From Gonapodya sp. JEL0774 (lineage: Eukaryota): a stretch of DNA of 64,000 nt. The position numbers and the translations under genes are program-made. The stretch is from assembly GCA_027604505.1 (NCBI GenBank), contig JADIIX010000012.1, positions 62,001-126,000 on the forward strand, written 5' to 3'. Shown piece by piece: positions 40,096 through 53,201 of the stretch (its first letter is position 1; each line of letters starts with the position of its first letter). The notes beneath the pieces were generated by a model, which was not told the origin of the DNA, did not search any database, and was given only the letters and a program-made list of their open reading frames with translations.

Positions 40096-41242
40096 ATGAC
40101 AACTCCAACTCTCCCACAAGTTCTCCAGACCAGTTCAAGCATCTCCCGCAGAATCTCCGGGGACCACAAGGTGTGCTATTGGTGTTTGGAGAACCCGTGG
40201 CCGGTGATCAGTAGCGTTGATGTTCTGAACACCCATGTACTTGCTGCCAGGTAATTTTCACTCTGTGGGAGAAGTACCAAGTGAGTTGCCCTATGAATTT
40301 TGTCACGTTAGCTCGTGCTGGCGCTTGATCGCGGTCGGCGATTCAACTTTTCCTTTCATCAATGCACTCGCAAAGAACACGACCGATCCCGAGCTTAAAG
40401 ATCGGATCGCCAACACGATCATACGTGAGGTCGCCGTGCACTCCACTGTCGAAGAGGTGGGTGATCTCCGTCAAGTGTCCAGATGACGTCAAGAACAAAC
40501 GTGATTGACACTTTTCTTGCATTTTATTCGTCAAATTACATGCTTCTAGATTGTGGTTTATCCAGTTATTGAGAAGACAATGGGAAAAGAGCACGCAGAT
40601 AGGTATATAATTCGCTGCCAGAGTGAAGTGTGTGTATTGACTTCTCCTCCCACAGGCTGCGCGCCGAGCACCAAGAAGTGAAGGGGAACTTGTACTCTTT
40701 CGACACCAACAAAGAGCCCAGTCTTCTCAGTAAGATCATGACCGAGCTTCGTCAGCATAGTACGTCATGTTTTGTTTTCTCGCGGGCCCTCACGGGTGCA
40801 CATAACGCGCTCGACTTCCCCCACAGTTGATTACGAAGAGCAGCAAGAAGTACCCGCTCTCATGAAGCAGCTCTCAGCGGATCAGGACAGAAGCTTGGTC
40901 ACCCAGTGGGACAAGACGAGGCCCACGGTGCCGACTCGGCCGGTGGGTGTTGCTCCGAGGCGATTACCTCTTACAATTGCAACAAGGATGCACAACTTGA
41001 TCTCACATTTACGATGTAATAACATTTTCTTGTTCTCAATTCTTCACATCGGCAGCACCCAAGTGCACCGGACAAAGGAGGATTCACCGAGGTTGCCGGT
41101 GAGTTTCCTGCACTCTTGCACAATCCTTTTGGTTCTCAACCAAGATCCGTTTGCTTCCATCACAGCCGGAATGACCGCGAAGCCCCTCGACGCTGCAAAA
41201 GATTTGACCCGACAGTTTGTGGAGGTCGTGAGGGAGGAGTGA
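40096..41242 (+). CDS. Hemerythrin/HHE cation-binding domain protein (8 exons)
   Basis: Spliced ISGDHK, IREVAVHSTVEEIVVYP, LRAEHQEVK, ELRQHIDYEEQQEVP, PTRPHPSAPDK. Confidence 0.85.
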
Positions 41243-41509
41243 ATTACGAGATGAGTCTCAGTTGCGAGAGTTGCGAGACAAGGGGGCATTTGGCGGGAGA
41301 GCTTCATTCGTGGAGACGAGGAGCGATGATAAAAAGTTCGAGAAATATACAATAAATGCGTGCTTAAGTCCAGAGTCACTTTTTTTCCTCGTCAAAGTCC
41401 TGTGATGAGTAGGTGAGAACACACATGATGTGTGAAGTATTGGTGTCCCATCAACAACGACACATAATCACCCCCACCTCACACACCAATCTATCAAACA
41501 CCACATCCA

Positions 41510-43655
41510 TCACCGACACGCCTCCTCGACCACCTGGTTGAACCACACGTCGAACGACACGTCCCCCTTGACGACCACATCGTACACCTTGGTGTAAAAC
41601 GGCAGGAGTGTGTCAATGTCGTGGTTCAGCAGGCCCACACGGAGGACCACCAAGGGAGCGGGCGAAGTGGAGGTAGGGAGGGGCACCATGTCCACGTCGC
41701 CGAGGGAGTCCCCGACGAGGATGATGTTGGGGCGGGAGTGGGTGGCGGCGGGAAGCGTCGTGGAGGAGGATTTATTGAACACGTCTGAATGGGGTGGGGG
41801 GTATCAGGACCAGCGCGGACGTCGTGGGGTGTCGTTAGTCGCACGTGACGACAGCCAAGCACCAAATCCGTAAGCCCAGCCAGCAAACCCCACGCTCCTC
41901 CATTCTCAAGATTTCTCCGACCATGCAAAGTCCACGACTCTAACTCAACTCACGTATGAGAGGCGGTTTGAACCCCACAAGGTGTGCATCCTCCGATTCG
42001 TCCGAAAATTCCATCCAGTTGGACACGATGTGCACGTTTGGGGTGAGCAGGTTGGCTTGGTGGAGGATCTCGTGGATGACGTCTGCGCGTTCACCGTTAG
42101 GGGGGACGATCACAGGGACGAAGAGGGAGAAGAGATGTCAAGGAAAGGAGAATGAGAAACAGAACATAGAAAGGAATTAGGCGAAATGATTAAATGAATG
42201 GAGTGAAGGGAGAGAAGAGCGGGGTGCGGTTTGCACCGAACTACACACGTGGGTATCTCCTGATGCTGCATCTCCTCTTCAGTCAGCACAGTGAGCCACG
42301 CAACCCCGCCATGCACTCGACCTCCCCCTCGTCGCGCACCACGCCCCACCACCGTGCCATTCCCACCCCTACTACCCCCACCACTGCCTGTGCCCCTCGC
42401 CGGGCGAATTCCCCTGTCGCTGCTCCCTGCCCCTGCCCTACTCACCTCCCACCGCCGCCGATACGACCACAACGGGCACGTCGCTTTTGCTCGCGTGGTC
42501 GAGCCACACGTCCACCCCATCACGAAGGACCGGAAACGCGTCGTGGACCGTGAGAGGGATTTCGCGGCGGAGGAGGCGCATGGAGACGAGGACGGAGTGC
42601 ATGGAGGTCCACCAGGCAGTCATGTGCTAGAGGTGGTTGGGAGATTGGGGGAGTGGAAAGGAGATGGGTGAGAACGAATTCCGTGGTAGAACAGCAGCCG
42701 GAGGGTTGGGGAAGGACGGTGAGGTGACGGTAAAGTGAGTTGGGCGATGAACTGACCAGAATCCCCGACGAAACACACACCACACACTTCGATACCAGAA
42801 TTTACCCCTCTTCCTAGGACCACCTCGGTGGTGTCTACTGGCCGAACCCCACTTACGACGACGAACATTGTAAACCCCACCCCGCAAGCCGTTTTACGAC
42901 AGGACTCAACGCGTGCGTGATCACGTCTCGGAGACTCGGGGCACCGTTCGCTTCGTTCCGTTTCCTCCACGACGGAAACGCCTCCACCACTGACCACACT
43001 CCCCAAACCGGCTTGGTACAAATCCACCCACACCCACACGTCACTCCGCTACCACGTGCCGCCAAATCCCCGAACACCCCACCGTCCTCGACCCACCTCC
43101 TCCTTCTCCTCCCTATTCAACGTCGGATCCACCTCGAACGGCCTGTACATATCCCTCAGCTCGTCCGCCTTCCTCGCGTACTCTCCGGGCCGCCGCGATG
43201 TACGGAGGAGGATGCCGATGGCCCCTTGTTGGCGGGTGGAGGTGGAGGGAAGGTGATGGCGCGTTATCTGGGGGGTGGAAGCGGGTAGGAGGGAAGTGGG
43301 CAGGGGGTATCAGGGGATCCCCGTGGGAGAGGTGAGAAACGGGAAACTCAACGGACTCTCGACCGCGATAGACATCAAACTCAACATCGCAAACGTAATT
43401 TTCCTCCACGCCGGACGCTCTCGATCGATTGCGTGGACCGGTGTTCTGGACAATTCACAATGCGTGCAGTCCCACCGAACTCACCGTCATATCCCAATCC
43501 GCTACGATCGCCAGCCTTCCATGCCCCCCGTCGATGATGGCCGCCAGTTTCTCTCTCACCGCGCGCCGCCCGATGTCCCCGACGACCACGTGCGGGTGCG
43601 ATGGAAGGGCGGATGCGGAAGGAAGGAGGAGGTCGGCACGGTCGGCGGGGGTCAT
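41510..43655 (-). CDS. NT5C3: Cytosolic 5'-nucleotidase III / pyrimidine 5'-nucleotidase (HAD)
   Basis: LAIVADWDMT|ITR (DxDxT), YRPFEVDP, MTAWWTSMH, LRDGV..VPVVVVSA, NVHIVSNWMEF, NIILVGDSLGDVDM. Confidence 0.88.
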
Positions 43656-43941
43656 TGTGGGCAAAGTGGGCAGCGGTGGCGGTGGGATCGGGGGTTGGCT
43701 GGTCGGCGTTCGGCGGACGGCGTGCAGGCGAACGATGCACCCGCGGTGCCGAGAAACACGCGGGAACCTCAAACCCGGGAACTTATGATAATCATGGATA
43801 CATGTATGTATGTATGCACATCTCAACAGTCAAGAGGGTGCGACGCCATCCCCCGAGACCGACTCTTCCTACATATTGTAAGTCGGTCGGTTTGGACTTC
43901 CCCATTTGAACTTCGTGGGGTTTGTCTTTGGGAGTACTCTC

Positions 43942-46900
43942 TCAGCTCCTATTTTCCCCTTCGTCCTCTTCATCTTCTTCGCCATCGTCAGAGGATTCCT
44001 CCTTTGGTTTTGGTTCCACCTCGGATGACCTGTCGTACAATTCGTCCTGAGTGAATAAAACTTGGCGATAATCAGAAACGGTCACATCCTGCACCGCAGG
44101 CGATCCATCGGTCGTGTGACCGAGGCTTTGTAAAAACTCTTGCAATGCGGGTACAGGTCGGTGTGAAAAAGGAACTGCCTGGTATTGGAGAATTTCGCCG
44201 ACAATCTGCGCCGCTTTTCGGCGCTTGTCAAAATTGATAAGGTGCGATTCTGGCAAAAAGTCTTGGTTGCCGAGCTCAAGAAATGTTAGATCCGTAAGGT
44301 ACACGCCTTTGGGATGCAGATAATGTCAATCTTCACAGCCGCACTTTAGCAGGTCACAGTAGCTCTCACCAAGGAATGGCAAAACGGGTGGTTGTAGTGC
44401 CTTCAAAGCTTTTCGATAGTTCGCGTATTGACCCTTGGGACTCAAAAGCTCTGCAATTTGATCGTACTGATCAGCTATCTTGGGGTGCTTTTCGCGGAAC
44501 AACTGGAAGAGCGAATGCAGGACATAAATATCCACAGTGTCGCTCGCGTCGTATCAACAACAACTTCACAAGGCTGACCTCCCATGTTCTTTTCAGTCGA
44601 GTGACTGGAGACATACAAAATGCTGCTACGATGCCAGTTGCCCCATTGAAGTTGTTGCACTCCACGCAAGCCTGAGGTGCCCGAAGCATTCAACATAGAG
44701 GTTCTTGCATGCACATGACAAAACACTAGTTGATTAACTCACAATCGCAAACAGAGCAAAATATCGCATAAAGTTCACCCGATCTTTGATGTTCGGGTTG
44801 TTGACGATGCAAGAAGCTACCCACATTGTCAACTGTACTCCCCAAATGGAAATACAGTCAGATTCCGGTGATTACCGTTCAGGTATTAAAAGTGGGCAGC
44901 TCTTACATGATTTGTGTGCTTGATCATTTTTGAGATGTTGGGGCCAGACATGACCTCCTTGCTCACGGTCTTTATTAGGCCAGCCTCCAGTTTCTCGGTC
45001 ATGCGACGAGTTCCCCAAATAACATCGACACACTCGTTCGGTCGAACCAAACGATAATACTCAAATTCGACAAGAGTTACTTGTCGGGCCATTTCGAGTG
45101 GCTCGACTTCGAGGAAGTTGCCAGGATTCACTTTGAGAAACACTGCCAATTGCGAGAGATTCGTGATATGCTTAGGTGTCAATGGAGGATCGGGAGAGAG
45201 TACTATGGGTGTGGTTTGTGGGGATTTGTGTGAAGCTGCACCCTTCAACTGAAAGTGGACAAACGAGTGGAGGCGTGGTTGCATAAGTTCTTGCAAAATC
45301 CAAGCTAAGATAACAATCTCCCGTTGTCCAAACCTTTTCGTTCAAAATTTTGAGAAGTGGCTGAGACCACTTTTGAAAATCAGAAGCCACTCGTTTTTCG
45401 ACAAACTCTCGGAACCGCATAACAAGCATTTCGTCATCTGCCCAATCCTCGTCGAAGAACTCAGAAATCCAGTCCTTCAAAGCGATACAGCAGCTGATAT
45501 GAGAATCATATGTCGAGTCTTTCAACTTAAAGATTGTCGAATTCCCTCTAGAGCAATTCTACTCACCGAATACGGATTGGAAGAATCTTTTTGTTCAAAA
45601 AGATATCGAAACTCTTCTGGCTCAAGCCATAGGGTGGTGTGATATCATAGCGACGAATAATGAGTTCCAGTAGCTCCCGAGATGTTGTGAACGAATGATG
45701 CGTCATAAGGAACGTGCTGTTAAACTCCAAATCTGATTACAAGCAGAAGAACTCAGCCTTTTCGATACAAGATACCAAAAGAAGATAAACCAATGCTCAC
45801 CGGGGAGCTTGTGGCCTGTTAAGCATTCCACGAGTTTCGCGAGCTTCGCACCTTTGACAAATTCTTTGCCAGTCAGAGGATTCTTCTCGAGAACAAGACC
45901 CTCTGAACTATCCTTCAAAATCTCTTCTTCCTCTGTGGTGAGATTTAAGGCGTCCGTTTCGGGGAGGTTCTCTTTGTTTTCCAAACCCTGCTATGTCAGT
46001 GTGAGTGCGAACGTGTGACGGGGAGAAAAACATGTTCAGCCTTTGGGTCGTATACTGTAGTGGATGGAACATGTATACAAGAAACCTTTTCCACTGACCT
46101 GCTTCTCCCAGAACTGGTTCTCAAGAATTTGGAACATTTTCTTCACGCGTTCGTTCTGCTGCCACTGCCGCCGCCATTCCTCTTTCTTCTTTCGATCTTC
46201 ACTCGTAGTTTTACGGATTTTGACGGTTGCCTCCCTGGTCAAGACAACAAGTTTCTTTACCGCGACCACGCAAGGTATCGTCGCTTTGATCATCTCAGTC
46301 GCTGCCGTTGGGGGTGGCCAAACACCACTGGCGAGCTTCGCCTTGACAACCAGCGTATCGATGGCATTCATTGTTTCCTGAAGACATTGGACCCAAAGAG
46401 GCTTGAGAGGTGTCGGAAACTTTGGCACGTTGAGAGCGAGTCCCAACTGCTCCGAATCTTCCTTTGTAATCATAATATCGCTCGAAAAATCGGACAACAG
46501 ATCGAACTTGTTGACCTCGTCCAACAACGCATCAACATTCGCGTGAACGGATGACGCCATTGTGGCGTACTCGTCCTTTCTTGCATTTTTCTGCGCAGCC
46601 GCCAGCTCCTGCACGGCCGTGGCGAACTGCTTCTTGTGTGCCTCGATTGCGTTGAAAAAGTCTTGGTTTGGGTCGATGTTGAGTCCGGCAAGGTTATCGG
46701 CGGAACCGCGTTGATCCGATGCCTTCGACATGGCTTCGATGGCTTTCAGTTCATTACGACGCTTGTACTCGTTGTAGTCGAACGCTTTGAGTGCTTTGTC
46801 CTCGGGTTCGGCTGCTTCGCTCGAATCTTCAAAGGGAGTGACCTGTCAAAACAAGTCCACAACAAATAGAAGGGCGGCGGGGTGTGAGAGACTCAAGGAG

Positions 46901-49900
46901 TGCGAGATCGCACGCAAAGACATGCGCTTTTCAACTCACATTCAACTCCAACTTCTTGTTCGGCAACCAATGTCCTGTAGTATTGGCAACATCCGCCAAT
47001 CTTCTCGCCGCTTTAGCCATCTCCGTGGCCGCCTGAATCATCTCCGCGATGGCGTTGGGCGGTGGCCACACGCCCACGGCGATCTTTGTCGCGTACATGA
47101 CCTTTTTCGGGAAATCCTCCCTCAGCCCAGCCATGAGCCACCGCATGATCCCGCGGGCTTCGGTCAGCGCAAACAGGGGCACGTCATAGGTGCTGACCGT
47201 AACAGGTGCCGGAAGGCTAGGGTTGACGATGACGATACTGCTTCCCTCGGGTTCCGGCGGCACAGTGGCGGATGACGGAGACGAGGTCTTGGAGGCGCCC
47301 ACGACCACGGCATTCGAACTACTCCCGGCCATGGGAAGAAACTCTCTGGGCTCGATCTTTTCGATTTCGCGCACGATTTCCCCCGCGTTGAGAATGGCGT
47401 TGGCCACGATGGCCACGTAGTGGTGTTTGGTGCTCTTGTTGGCCGAGACGATGAGTTGGACGACGGATTGGTAGACTTTGAGGCACAGTACGTCGAGCTC
47501 GGTACCGTGGTCAGGGATGCTTTGGATGAGTTGGGCGATGAGATCGGTTTGGTAATCGAAGCCCTGGTGGGGTGGGCAGGGTCGCCGGGACGAGCAGCGT
47601 TGCCGAGGTGGGCACGAGTGTGAGCGCGGGACAACGGGCACCAGCGGTGTTAAACCAGGTTGGAAAATCACGCCATGAAACGATGCCACTGACGTCTCTC
47701 AGCACCACCGCCCGGTCCGCCGGCGCCCTGTGCCGTGACCCTCCAAACAAACTAGGAAACAATAAAAAAAATTCTCACCTCGACGTTCAGTCCGTGCTTG
47801 TGTTTCAAAGTACCGCGCTTCCCCAGCGTCGACATGGCGTTTTTCCTCCAGTCCTCTTTCCCTTCACCATGAGAGTCTTTATCCTTGGCCTCCTTCCCGC
47901 GGTTCATTTCGCCATTCTTCCTCGCTGCTCCTTTCCCATCTTTGCTCACCACAATGACGTCCATCTTGGCATCGTCACCCACACCACCACCACCATCAAG
48001 ACCACCCCCATCCGCCAACATCTTGTCCAAACGCCTGACGAGATCACCTTCCTGCGCGTCGAGATGGCTCATCGTGTCCACAAACGGGTTCTTCCTCACG
48101 CCGTCCACCCCGCCTTTGGAGCCCCCGACCTGCTGCATCTGTCCCACCAGACCCCCTTGCACCTGTCCCATCCCTATCCCAATCCCAGACACCGCCTGTC
48201 CTAGCCCCATCCCCATCTCCTGCCCCACTTCCTCGCTCCAAAACACGTTCGCCTCCGACGCTTTACTCTTCATGTAAACGATCCCGCTCCTCACCCAATT
48301 TCCCGGCTCCCCCCCGTCCTTATCCACCGTCGCGCCCCTCCTCAACAAACACCTCACCACATCTTCCTTCTTCATCCACGCGGCGACCGTGATCGCCGTG
48401 GCGCCCTTCCCGGGCCCGACTCGCCCGTCCACGCTGGCCCCGGCATCCAACACGGCTTCCACCGCGTCGGCACTGCCCGAATACGCCGCCGCCACGAGGG
48501 GGGTCACTCGCACACTCACCCTTCGCCCGGCCCGGCCGTCCTCCCCTGCGGCCCATCGCCACCACCCTCCGCGGGGTGTGTCAATGTCGCCACCCGCGCC
48601 ACCCGCGTCCACAATCGCCCTTACACAATCCCCGTGCCCTGCCAAACACGCCCACACTAGCGCCGTGAGCCCCCACCTGTCCGTAACTCCCGCGCTGGCG
48701 CCCCGTGCCATCAAAGAGCGCACCAACGCCGCGTGGCCCGCCGCGGCGGCCTTCATGAGCGCCGTGGCGCCCGTGGCGGGACACGCGGTATTCACGTCCA
48801 TCGGCACCGCCATGGCCATCCCGCCAGTGCCGCCGCCGTCCACTCCCGCGCACACCTCTCTCTTCAACCCGAGCCGTGCCGCGTCCCACAGGGGCAGTCT
48901 CCGTCTCGGCAAGTCCACGCGAGGTAGCGGTGCCGCGGGGTCGTCGGAGTACCCCGCTGTGGGGACGTACACAAGTACGTTGGGTACTCCCGTGGGAGCG
49001 AGGGATCCTTGTGGCGGGGCCGGGCCCGCAGACTGGGCTGAGGACGGGGACCCGGACGAGGAGACGTTAATGGACGGGGAAGGTTTGGCTAAGGACAGGG
49101 CGAGCGATGGGGGTAAGGGTGCCGGCGGGGCGTCGCGGAGGCGGGAGCGGGCGAGGCGAGTCGAGGGATGGGAGGCGGAGGAGGTACTGGGGCGGGTGGA
49201 GGTGATGGTGGTGGCGGGAGCCAAGTCGGCTCTCGAGCTGGCACTCCGGCTCCCCATGGTGGCCCGTTTCCTCTCCCCGTGTCCGTATCCCGTTCCCGTA
49301 CCATCACCTGGCCCGGTTCCGACCGACCCGACCGATCCGACCGACCCGCCGCCGCCTACCCCGCTGGCCCCCCTTCTTACCCCACCTCCAGCCCCCCCAT
49401 TCCCCTCCTCGTCCGAATCGACCACCAGCGACGCCGCCGATGCCGCGCGGGATATGGCGGTTCGGGCGAGACTGACAGCGGGCTTGGAGTGCGCCTGGGT
49501 GGGGAGAGGGAGGGAGGAGATGGAGGCGAGCGAGCCTGACGGGTGCTGGGAGGGCGGGTGAGTGGGAAGGGAAGACGGGAGCGGGAGGGACGCAAGAGAG
49601 GCTGAAGATGAGGCGGTGGTCGTGGTTTGCGCGTTGTGGCCGAGGTCGAGATGCGGGGAGGACGACGAGGGAGTACGGGTGTGGAGGTGGCCCGAGTGGG
49701 GGTCTGATGGCCCCGGATGGGCGAGCGGGCGTTTGACACGGGCGGTGGACAAGACGGCGGCGGTGGGGGCGTGGGACGGGACAGGGACAGGGTGGGTCGC
49801 GATGGAGTCGGTGTCGCTTGCCGCGGCGTCGTCAGGAGAGGCGGCAGCGACACTTGCAACGGCACCGGCACCACCAGTCCTTCCCCTCCTGGCACCCTCC

Positions 49901-50745
49901 TTCTCCCTCCCCCCCCGCCTATTACTAGTCCTCCCCCCCTTGCCCGCCCCATGCCTCGCCACACACTCCTCGACCGCCACAAACCCCGCCGCCCTCGCCA
50001 CCATCCCCGGCGTCACGCCTGCTCTGTTTGGCTTGTCCGGGTCTGCCCCGCGGGCGAGCAGGAGGGCCACGAGGGGGAGGTCGTCGTTGGCGCAGGCCAG
50101 GTGGAGCGGGGTGGTGCCGCAGGGGGCGAGGGGGCGGGACAGGGAGTGGGGAAGGAGGGTGAGGAAGGGGTGGAAGTGGGTGTGGAGGTGGTGGAGTTCG
50201 CCGGTCTTGGGGGTGTGGGGAGTTTGTGTGGCCAGGAGAGAAAGGGGTAGGGGGTGGTGGGGTGAAACAGGTGAGAACGGTCAGTTGTGGGAACGACGCA
50301 ACCGACACTTCCCGGACCCCACAACGCCAACGAGACCACCTTGCCAGGACGCAGCACCACCAGCACCAGCACCTAACTCGTACGGACACCACACGGACCG
50401 TCCCGCACGCACGCACGCACCCCACCCGACCTAAACAGGTGGGACCGGTCGACTGTGGGACCGACGCAACGGGCACCTGGCAAAGCCCGAAACCGTCCCG
50501 CGAGACCACTTTGGCAGCACCGTTCACCACCGCCACCACCTCACCATGGTCCACCACCACCTACCCCACTCCACCCAAACACACTCCACAAACAAACACG
50601 AACACAGACACCACCAAACACACAGAACCACCCCCGTGACACACACCATGCACATTTCGAGGAGTCGTCTTCCGGGTGGCACCGGTGCGGGCAAGAGCGG
50701 TTCTTGGAACGGTGTGAGGGATGGCGGGTGTTGCGGGTTGGGCAT
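43942..50745 (-). CDS. Ankyrin-repeat + RasGEF_N + CDC25-type RasGEF protein (multi-exon)
   Basis: Ankyrins TTPLHLACA, TALMKAAAAGH, GLTALVWACLAGH, TPLVAAAYSG. REM region VKGAKLAKLVECLT and LKDWISEFF. CDC25 region PLEMARQVTLVEF, NNFNGATGIV, PPVLPFLG|VYLTDLTFLELGN..INFDKRRK. Confidence 0.88.
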
Positions 50746-51026
50746 GGGTGGATTGGAATAGGAGATGGGTGGGTGTTGATGGGGGAGCGCGGGTGGTGGA
50801 GTGGGGGTGGGGGGTGCCGGGGCGGGAGTGGAGGGAAGCGGGGGAAGGGAACGGGCATGGGGCGACGGGTGGGAGATATGGAATTGGGGATGCAAGGGAG
50901 AGGGAGACAGGGAGGTTGAGGGGGAGGCAGCAGGGATGGGAAGGGCGGCTGAGGACGCGGAGGGGGATGGGGCGGGCGACGTGGCCGCGGGTCTGTCGCG
51001 CTTGGACTTGTCGCTGGGTGTGAGGG

Positions 51027-51081
51027 GTATGGAGCGTGTATGGAGCGTGTATGGAGGGTGAATGGAGGGTGTATGGAACGT
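51027..51081. repeat. 11-bp minisatellite (GTATGGAGCGT-like x5)
   Basis: gtatggagcgt gtatggagcgt gtatggagggt gaatggagggt gtatggaacgt read directly from the sequence. Confidence 0.85.
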
Positions 51082-53201
51082 GGGAGAGTCTGAGTGGCCC
51101 AACGGTCTCGGTGTCTCCCACCCGCATCTCCACAACCACCATTCCACAACTCCTCATCACGCCTGCATGGCATCTGCATCCCTGCATCCCTCCATCCCTT
51201 GCGCCTGTCCCTGTTCCCCGTTCCCCGTTGACCTCCCCACGTCCTTCCCGACCCGTCCGCGCCCTCGAAGCACACTCGCAGACTCACCCGATTCCAAACA
51301 GCTTCTTCATCTCGCGTCGTGTGGTCCCACGCGTGCTCTTCCTGATTTGGACGTTTCCTGTTCCCCCGGGTGGGCAATGACACTCAGCGCGTGTCCTGGG
51401 TGAGTGGGGTAACTTCGGGGTTGTGGTGGTGCCCACGGCAGGCGGGTCCGTGCACCAATGAACCTTTACATCAAGACATGAACTCACTTCATGATAGCCT
51501 TGCATTGCGTTTACACCTAACAGTAATAAGTACACCCTGTCATAAGTCAAAATCTCCTGCCCCGGATCTCAAAATGGTTACGGTATGTGCCGAACAGGGT
51601 TTCGAAGCACGTACACTGTTCAGCACCTGTTAACAACATCGTACCTCTGCATAATCTAAATCAGCTCAGTCTGAGTCAAAATATACTCTCGAAATGTCGC
51701 CTATTTTGCTGCACACAGGATCCTCCTAACTGCATACAGAGAAGGCGTTCAATTAGTTCTCTGCGCGCCATGTTGCACGCAGCATTTCAGCATTCAGCAA
51801 ATGCCTTTATTAAGCTCATTGTGCTCCATTCAACATTCAGCGAAGGCGTTTGTAAAGTTCGATGTGCTGTGAGTCCGTCTGCTCACTCGTGGCCGCGGGG
51901 CGCTGTGGGAACTGACGAAACGATAAGTTCCACGACGGTCAGCGTGAACTCTTCTTTGGCCATCAATCGAAAAAGTGAACCAGTTCTTGGATTTCGCGGT
52001 GCCCCCATTTTCTATCGCGCTCGCTCACTTCGTTGCGAGTAATCGCATCGGAATCCGATGTCGCGCCGTGCCAGATTGATTCGACTAATGGGACAACTCC
52101 CGTGGGATCACCCAGACGCAATGGGTCAAAGTAAGTCCAGGAAGCTCGTACAAGAGACTTGGGTCGGCGTCGTGGGGTTACGGTGGTTCTCGCCTATCGA
52201 TCACCAATTCTGCTCCATCTCCGCACCAATTTTCCTTCGGCAAACATCTTTCATCTTCGTTCCAAGCGTATTGTTCGTCTTACTTCTCCGCTCTTGCTAC
52301 CTTTAACTTGCCTCAAACTTGTCGTGGAGCCTGAAAGGAACAGACGGAACGTTTCAATGAAATACTATCTTTGCGCGCAAGTTCAATGGACACATCAAGG
52401 AAAAGGAGCGCAATCACTTCTCATCTGGTGATTGGAACTCTGTATGGGACGTTTTCAAGAAACATCATTGGTTAGAACAAAGACGAACGCGCCTTTCGGA
52501 AAACGCCCACAACTGAGCCCATTGCAGCCAACAAAGACCTTCCGTATGCGACGTGTCTCGCGTTTTTCATTTTTCAGTGGCGCTCTGCTGTCAGTCTCCG
52601 ATTTTTCCTGGGAATGTCACTGCGAGGCGATTGTAACGGTTCTCAGCGACGGGTTGACACTTAAACAAGCACTTGAAGATTGATGCCGGACTTTCAGTGA
52701 TATATTTACGAAACAGCGACTGCTTTTGAATCCTCTCCATTAGTGTACTTAGCACAGACACACTAAAATGAGATTGCAAATACATATGAAGAAGCTACAA
52801 AGGCAACATGGTACTAAAAGATCACGTTTTGCAGAGCACGTTAACAGACGAATAGCAGTGCTCGGTGGTTTGAAGGCTTGGTCGGGGAATGCGTACATAG
52901 ACCCGCAACAACGAAGGACGGTGATGAAAAGAGGATCTGCGAACGGACTGGGGCGTCCCAGATTCTGCGTGAACAATATCCTCTACTTTGCATGAGCTGC
53001 GCGCGCCACGTAACAATAATCTGCCACAGCAACTGCGGACTCAGGTTCCCAGCCACGACCACACCTTCATCCAAGATTCGTCTGCGTCTCTGCAAAACTC
53101 CCAAAAAGTGTACGGCGGAGCCCAACCTGTCAAACTCTTGTACTTGACTTACTCTCACAAAACACCTCGTTTCGCCGCTCTTATCGCTTCGTGTCTTCCC
53201 C

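Noticed and set aside
48389..50434. Long plus-strand ORFs (390 and 290 aa) and similar antisense ORFs such as 54907-55896 and 58949-60136
   Set aside because: They are antisense shadows of GC-rich coding sequence and carry no independent motifs.
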